64,000 nt of DNA from an uncultured Saprospiraceae bacterium (lineage in GTDB: Bacteria; Bacteroidota; Bacteroidia; Chitinophagales; Saprospiraceae), in assembly GCA_937961455.1 (NCBI GenBank), contig CALGNN010000087.1:1-64000 (forward strand). The letters are read 5' to 3'. Below, one piece after another: positions 60,091 to 64,000 of this stretch. Under the pieces are notes generated by a model. The model saw nothing but the letters and a program-made list of their open reading frames with translations, did no database searches and was not told the origin of the DNA. Position 1 is the stretch's first letter, and the number at the start of each line of letters is the position of its first letter. Made by a program: the position numbers and the translations under genes.

Positions 60091-63000
60091 TTATTACTTG
60101 TGTTGAGGCTGTATCTACATATTCTTCAGTCTTTGGATTCCTCCAATAATAAACAACACGTTGGACTCTGTAAAACAACCAATACATTACAGGCACAATA
60201 ACCAGTGTAAGGAAAGTCGCAAAGACCAATCCATATATAACGGTCCAAGCCATCGGACCCCAAAATTCGGCATTATCTCCTCCCTGAAAATATTGGGGAT
60301 CTAATTCAGTAACCAATGTAAAAAAGTTAATATTGATTCCCATTGCCAAAGGAATTAATCCTAAGACCGTTGTAATTGCAGTTAATAAAACCGGTCTTAA
60401 ACGTGTCGATCCTGCTTTGATAATTGCTTTCTTTACATCATGCGTGGTCAACCTCATCATATTAGAGATGCCTAAGGATTCCCTTTTATTCTTTATCAAT
60501 AAATTGATATAATCCACCAATACGATGGCGTTGTTTACAACAATTCCAGCCAATGAAATCACTCCAATACCCGTAAATACAATAACTACATTTCTACCTG
60601 TAAAATAGTATCCTAATAATACTCCGATAATACTGAATACAACAGACAGGATAATGATAAAAGGAGAAACGATAGAGTTAAATTGAGAAACTAATATGAT
60701 GAAAATCAAAAATACCGCAATCAACAAAGCACTGGTAAGAAAAGCTAATTCTTCAGCCTGTGCTTGTTGCTCACCCGTAAAACTGTAAGTCACCCCTGCA
60801 GGAAATTTAAAATTTTCAATAGCCCCTTTTATATCAGCCACAACTTCATTCGCATTGTATCCCTCCAAGACATTTGAATAAACCGTAATCATCTTCTTGA
60901 GATTCTTTCTTTTGATTGAGCTGTAGGTAGTATTGTAATCTATTTCTGCAACTGCAGAAATTGGAACTTGCACAATCCTTCCATTAGCTGGATTCCTAAA
61001 AGTGACCCGTTGATTCAATAACTGTGTAACTGAGTTTCTATATTTTGGATCAAGTCTTACGGTGATGGGATATTCATCCTCCCCTACTTTAAATTTAGAT
61101 ACCTCCTGACCAAAGACAGATGTACGAATCGCATTCGCAATACTGTATGTGGATAATTCATATCTTCTTGCCGCCTCACGATTGATATTGACCAGCATCT
61201 CTGGTTTTCCCAATTTCACATCAGCCTGCAATTCTTCATAGCCTTCTACACCCTCCGTCTTCACATGCTTAATTAATTCATTACTTAATATGGCTAATTC
61301 ATTAATATCATCACCTGTGATCTCAATATTAATGGGCTTCCCTGTAGGAGGACCCACAGCATTTTGATCAACAATAATTTTAACACCGGGATATCCGACT
61401 AGTAATTCTCTTAGATCGTTCATCACTTTTTTCGTTGAGATCGTTCCTCTATCTTCTGGAGGGACAAACTCAATGGTTAATCTCCCTTTATTAGGTGTAA
61501 CTCCTGGTTCAGGTGGGCTATTAGGATCTGAAGTATTTTCTCCTATCTGGGACAGGACAGACACAACAGCTGATTTTGATTTTTCAAGTTCCTCAAATAC
61601 ACGTGCTTCTAAGTCCTTCATGATTCTATTCGTAGCCTCTATGTCTTTGCCCATAGGCAATTCAACAAAAGCATTCACGTAGATTGGGTCAGTGTTTGGG
61701 AAAAAATCTGTTTTTGGAGGGCTGGTAGAAATTAAAAAACCAGATCCTATTAACAAGAAAATAGTTCCTACAAGGAAGAAAATGGGCGATACCTTATACA
61801 ATGCAAAACCTACAAATTTTTGATATGCACGTTCTAAAGCTGGCAAAATTTTACCTTGAAAGAAAAAAGAAGCTGGACGTAAAAAGAAAATATTTAGTAA
61901 TGCGATAAAGGCGGCAAAGGCAAATATATTCCTAGCCCAAAAGACTTCTTGTGTATGAAAGGCAAAGGCGATCAATCCCATAATCACGGCACCAATCAAG
62001 ACATTACGAATTTTCCTATTGCGGAGCTTTTTATCATCCACTCGTTCATCCACTTTCATAAACCGAGCAGTAAATACTGGATTAATCACTAAGGCTACGA
62101 ATAAGGAAGAACTCAATACGATGATAAGTGTAATAGGTAAATATTTAAAGAACTGCCCAAAAATTCCTGGCCAAAATGCTAGAGGTAAAAAAGCGGCAAG
62201 TGTGGTTGCTGTAGAGGCAATAATCGGCAGTGCCACTTCTCCAGCTCCATACTTTGCGGCATCGGTTCCAGAATAGCCTTCTTGCATATAGCGATAAATA
62301 TTTTCGACGACTACAATTCCATTGTCAACCAGAAGTCCAAGTGCAAGGATTAAAGCAAAAAGCACTACGATATTTAAGGTAACTCCCGTAATATATAGAA
62401 TTAAGATTCCCATTAACATCGAAAGAGGAATGGCAAGACCTACAAACAAGGAGTTCCTGATTCCCAAGAAAAACATCAAGACAAGAACCACTAAAATCAC
62501 CCCAGAAATGATGGAGTTTTCAAGATTATCTACATCTCTCTCCGTATTTATCGATTGATCATTAAACAAAGAAACGGCTAAACCTTCTGGGAAGACATTC
62601 TTCTTAGCCAATCGTACTTCCTCTTTTATTGAGGCTGCCGCAGCCAATAGATTTTCTCCCTTCCGCTTAATGATATCGAGAGATATTACGGGGAAGCCAT
62701 CCATTCTTGAGATGCTCGATCGGTCTTGATAAGAATAACTAGCTGAAGCGACATCCCTAAGATAGATTTGCCTTTGGTTTTCAGATTTTACAATGAGGTT
62801 TTCTATTTCTACCACATTATCAAACTCACCAATTACACGAATGGCTCTTCTAAAATCATTATTTACAAGTTCCCCACCAGACATTGATATATTCTCACTT
62901 CTTATCGCATTGGCAATATCGTCATAAGTAATTTGCAAGGCTTGCATTCTTGACAAGTCACAATTGATTTTAATCTCTCTTTCAAGAGCTCCTTTTATTT

Positions 63001-63583
63001 CTGCTTTGGATACTTCATTTACGGTTTCAATTTTGTCTTTAAGATACTCAGCGAATGATCTGAGTTCATCCATATTATATTCCCCTGAAATATTCACCGT
63101 CATGATGGGAATTTCAGAGGTATTAATCTCCAGTACTTCAGGGTCGGATGTGAGATCATCGGGTAATTCTGATTTAGCTTTGTCTACCGCATCTTTTACT
63201 TTACGCACAACATCGTCCATATCCATATCAGAATTAAACTCAGCTGTAATCACAGAGAAATCCTGCATCGAAGTTGATTGGATATCTTTAATTCCAACCA
63301 TGGCTTGTAGTTCCTTCTCAATAGGTCTGGTAACGAGATTTTCGATATCTGAGGCAGAGTTTCCGAAGTAAGGTGTATTTACAAAAACTGTTGGAAAAGA
63401 AGCATCGGGAAATTGCTCTTTGGGCATATCTTGGTAACCCTGCAATCCAAAGAGTAATATCATAAAAGTTAAGATGAAAACGCTTGTAGCATTATCTACT
63501 GCCAAGGTTGTCAAACCAAACTTCCTTAATTTAGTTTTGTCTATCTTATCGCTCATTGGAATCTGTTGAGGGTACAATATCAA
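60083..63583 (-). CDS. Efflux RND transporter permease subunit (AcrB/CusA superfamily)
   Basis: 1166 aa. 12-TM RND topology with two large periplasmic loops and conserved TM4 acidic region. The start is possibly MSDKIDK at ~63556. Confidence 0.9.
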   Translation of the reverse strand: MILYPQQIPMSDKIDKTKLRKFGLTTLAVDNATSVFILTFMILLFGLQGYQDMPKEQFPDASFPTVFVNTPYFGNSASDIENLVTRPIEKELQAMVGIKDIQSTSMQDFSVITAEFNSDMDMDDVVRKVKDAVDKAKSELPDDLTSDPEVLEINTSEIPIMTVNISGEYNMDELRSFAEYLKDKIETVNEVSKAEIKGALEREIKINCDLSRMQALQITYDDIANAIRSENISMSGGELVNNDFRRAIRVIGEFDNVVEIENLIVKSENQRQIYLRDVASASYSYQDRSSISRMDGFPVISLDIIKRKGENLLAAAASIKEEVRLAKKNVFPEGLAVSLFNDQSINTERDVDNLENSIISGVILVVLVLMFFLGIRNSLFVGLAIPLSMLMGILILYITGVTLNIVVLFALILALGLLVDNGIVVVENIYRYMQEGYSGTDAAKYGAGEVALPIIASTATTLAAFLPLAFWPGIFGQFFKYLPITLIIVLSSSLFVALVINPVFTARFMKVDERVDDKKLRNRKIRNVLIGAVIMGLIAFAFHTQEVFWARNIFAFAAFIALLNIFFLRPASFFFQGKILPALERAYQKFVGFALYKVSPIFFLVGTIFLLIGSGFLISTSPPKTDFFPNTDPIYVNAFVELPMGKDIEATNRIMKDLEARVFEELEKSKSAVVSVLSQIGENTSDPNSPPEPGVTPNKGRLTIEFVPPEDRGTISTKKVMNDLRELLVGYPGVKIIVDQNAVGPPTGKPINIEITGDDINELAILSNELIKHVKTEGVEGYEELQADVKLGKPEMLVNINREAARRYELSTYSIANAIRTSVFGQEVSKFKVGEDEYPITVRLDPKYRNSVTQLLNQRVTFRNPANGRIVQVPISAVAEIDYNTTYSSIKRKNLKKMITVYSNVLEGYNANEVVADIKGAIENFKFPAGVTYSFTGEQQAQAEELAFLTSALLIAVFLIFIILVSQFNSIVSPFIIILSVVFSIIGVLLGYYFTGRNVVIVFTGIGVISLAGIVVNNAIVLVDYINLLIKNKRESLGISNMMRLTTHDVKKAIIKAGSTRLRPVLLTAITTVLGLIPLAMGININFFTLVTELDPQYFQGGDNAEFWGPMAWTVIYGLVFATFLTLVIVPVMYWLFYRVQRVVYYWRNPKTEEYVDTASTQVISE

Positions 63584-64000
63584 TTAATTCTGTATCGGTC
63601 AAATCAAGGGATCCCTCCAAAATAATTTGTTCTCCTCCTTCAAGTCCAGATGTCACAATCGTTTCTCCTTGATAGCTTTCCCCCGTTTCGACATAGACTT
63701 TTCTTGCTAGAATATTTCCAATACTATCGACGGAAGAAATAAAGATATAGTCCTTCCCTCCGATCTCTTGCTGAATAATATCCTGTGGTACTACTACTGC
63801 GTCCTTAATTGAGTAATCAACAAATAACATTTCAGCCAATAGATTGGGCTTTAGAAAACCACTTGAGTTCGTTGCATTTACTTCAACTTTGAAAGTTCTA
63901 TTTGAAGGGTCAATACCTCTACCGATTTCGGAGACATTGCTACTGATCTGTCTATTTATCGTAGGAAAATTCACCTTCACTCGTTGTCCTCTTCGCACTT
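63546..64000 (-). CDS. Efflux RND periplasmic adaptor (membrane-fusion) subunit (partial, N-terminus beyond window end)
   Basis: C-terminal beta-barrel/MP domain of an MFP (GQRVKVNFPT...LLAEMLFVDYSIKDAVVVPQDII...). The ORF is open to the window edge and overlaps the RND permease start. Confidence 0.7.
   Translation of the reverse strand, partial: VRRGQRVKVNFPTINRQISSNVSEIGRGIDPSNRTFKVEVNATNSSGFLKPNLLAEMLFVDYSIKDAVVVPQDIIQQEIGGKDYIFISSVDSIGNILARKVYVETGESYQGETIVTSGLEGGEQIILEGSLDLTDTELIDIVPSTDSNER

Noticed and set aside
1-64000. CRISPR arrays, tRNA/rRNA genes, transposases/integrases
   Set aside because: I scanned intergenic regions (all <=285 nt). No spaced direct-repeat arrays, no cloverleaf-compatible sequences, and no ORF with transposase or recombinase motifs. 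The window appears to lack mobile elements.

Overview
This 64 kb window reads as a core chromosomal region of an AT-rich Bacteroidota genome (Flavobacteriia/Cytophagia/Saprospiria-like). The evidence for that placement is T9SS C-terminal sorting domains, a PorP/SprF gene, an AAC-N16-CGT ECF promoter, a TAnnTTTG-style promoter context and no Shine-Dalgarno dependence. It is densely coding, with about 55 CDS, no rRNA or tRNA genes, no CRISPR array, and no recognisable transposase or integrase. Housekeeping genes dominate: nqrB/nqrA, pnuC, metF, lon, a type IIA topoisomerase B subunit (parE-like), obg, adk, rplY, prs, asd, pcm, tadA, guaB and pdxH. There is an RND efflux pair at the 3' edge, and a TolC-HlyD pair with no cognate pump gene nearby. 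T9SS cargo proteins are interspersed: an M36 fungalysin, a lamin-tail-domain surface protein with a type-B CTD, and a 320-aa CTD protein. A PorP/SprF-OmpA/TPR/beta-propeller pair and a DUF5103 (T9SS plug-like) protein are also present. Small operons include NfeD-flotillin and ECF sigma/anti-sigma/outer-membrane beta-barrel. The most system-like and least explained locus is a tightly overlapping three-gene minus-strand operon at 56724-58949. It encodes a small lipoprotein with a CX4CH heme-like motif, a DUF5777-type outer-membrane beta-barrel, and a di-heme c-type cytochrome. I interpret it as a candidate porin-cytochrome (outer-membrane redox) module. Other points of interest are an in-frame ~100-aa hydrophobic N-terminal extension on NqrA, a translationally coupled LTD-EEP-DgkA-GNAT gene string, an HlyD with a ~150-aa cytoplasmic N-terminal extension, and a GC-rich 65-nt structured element flanked by 12-bp direct repeats. 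Five intrinsic terminator hairpins with U-tracts are called in Part 1, and two more hairpin-plus-T-run candidates are listed among the findings. All calls come from reading the translated ORFs and the DNA directly. No database search was run, so family names are recognition-based and carry stated uncertainty.
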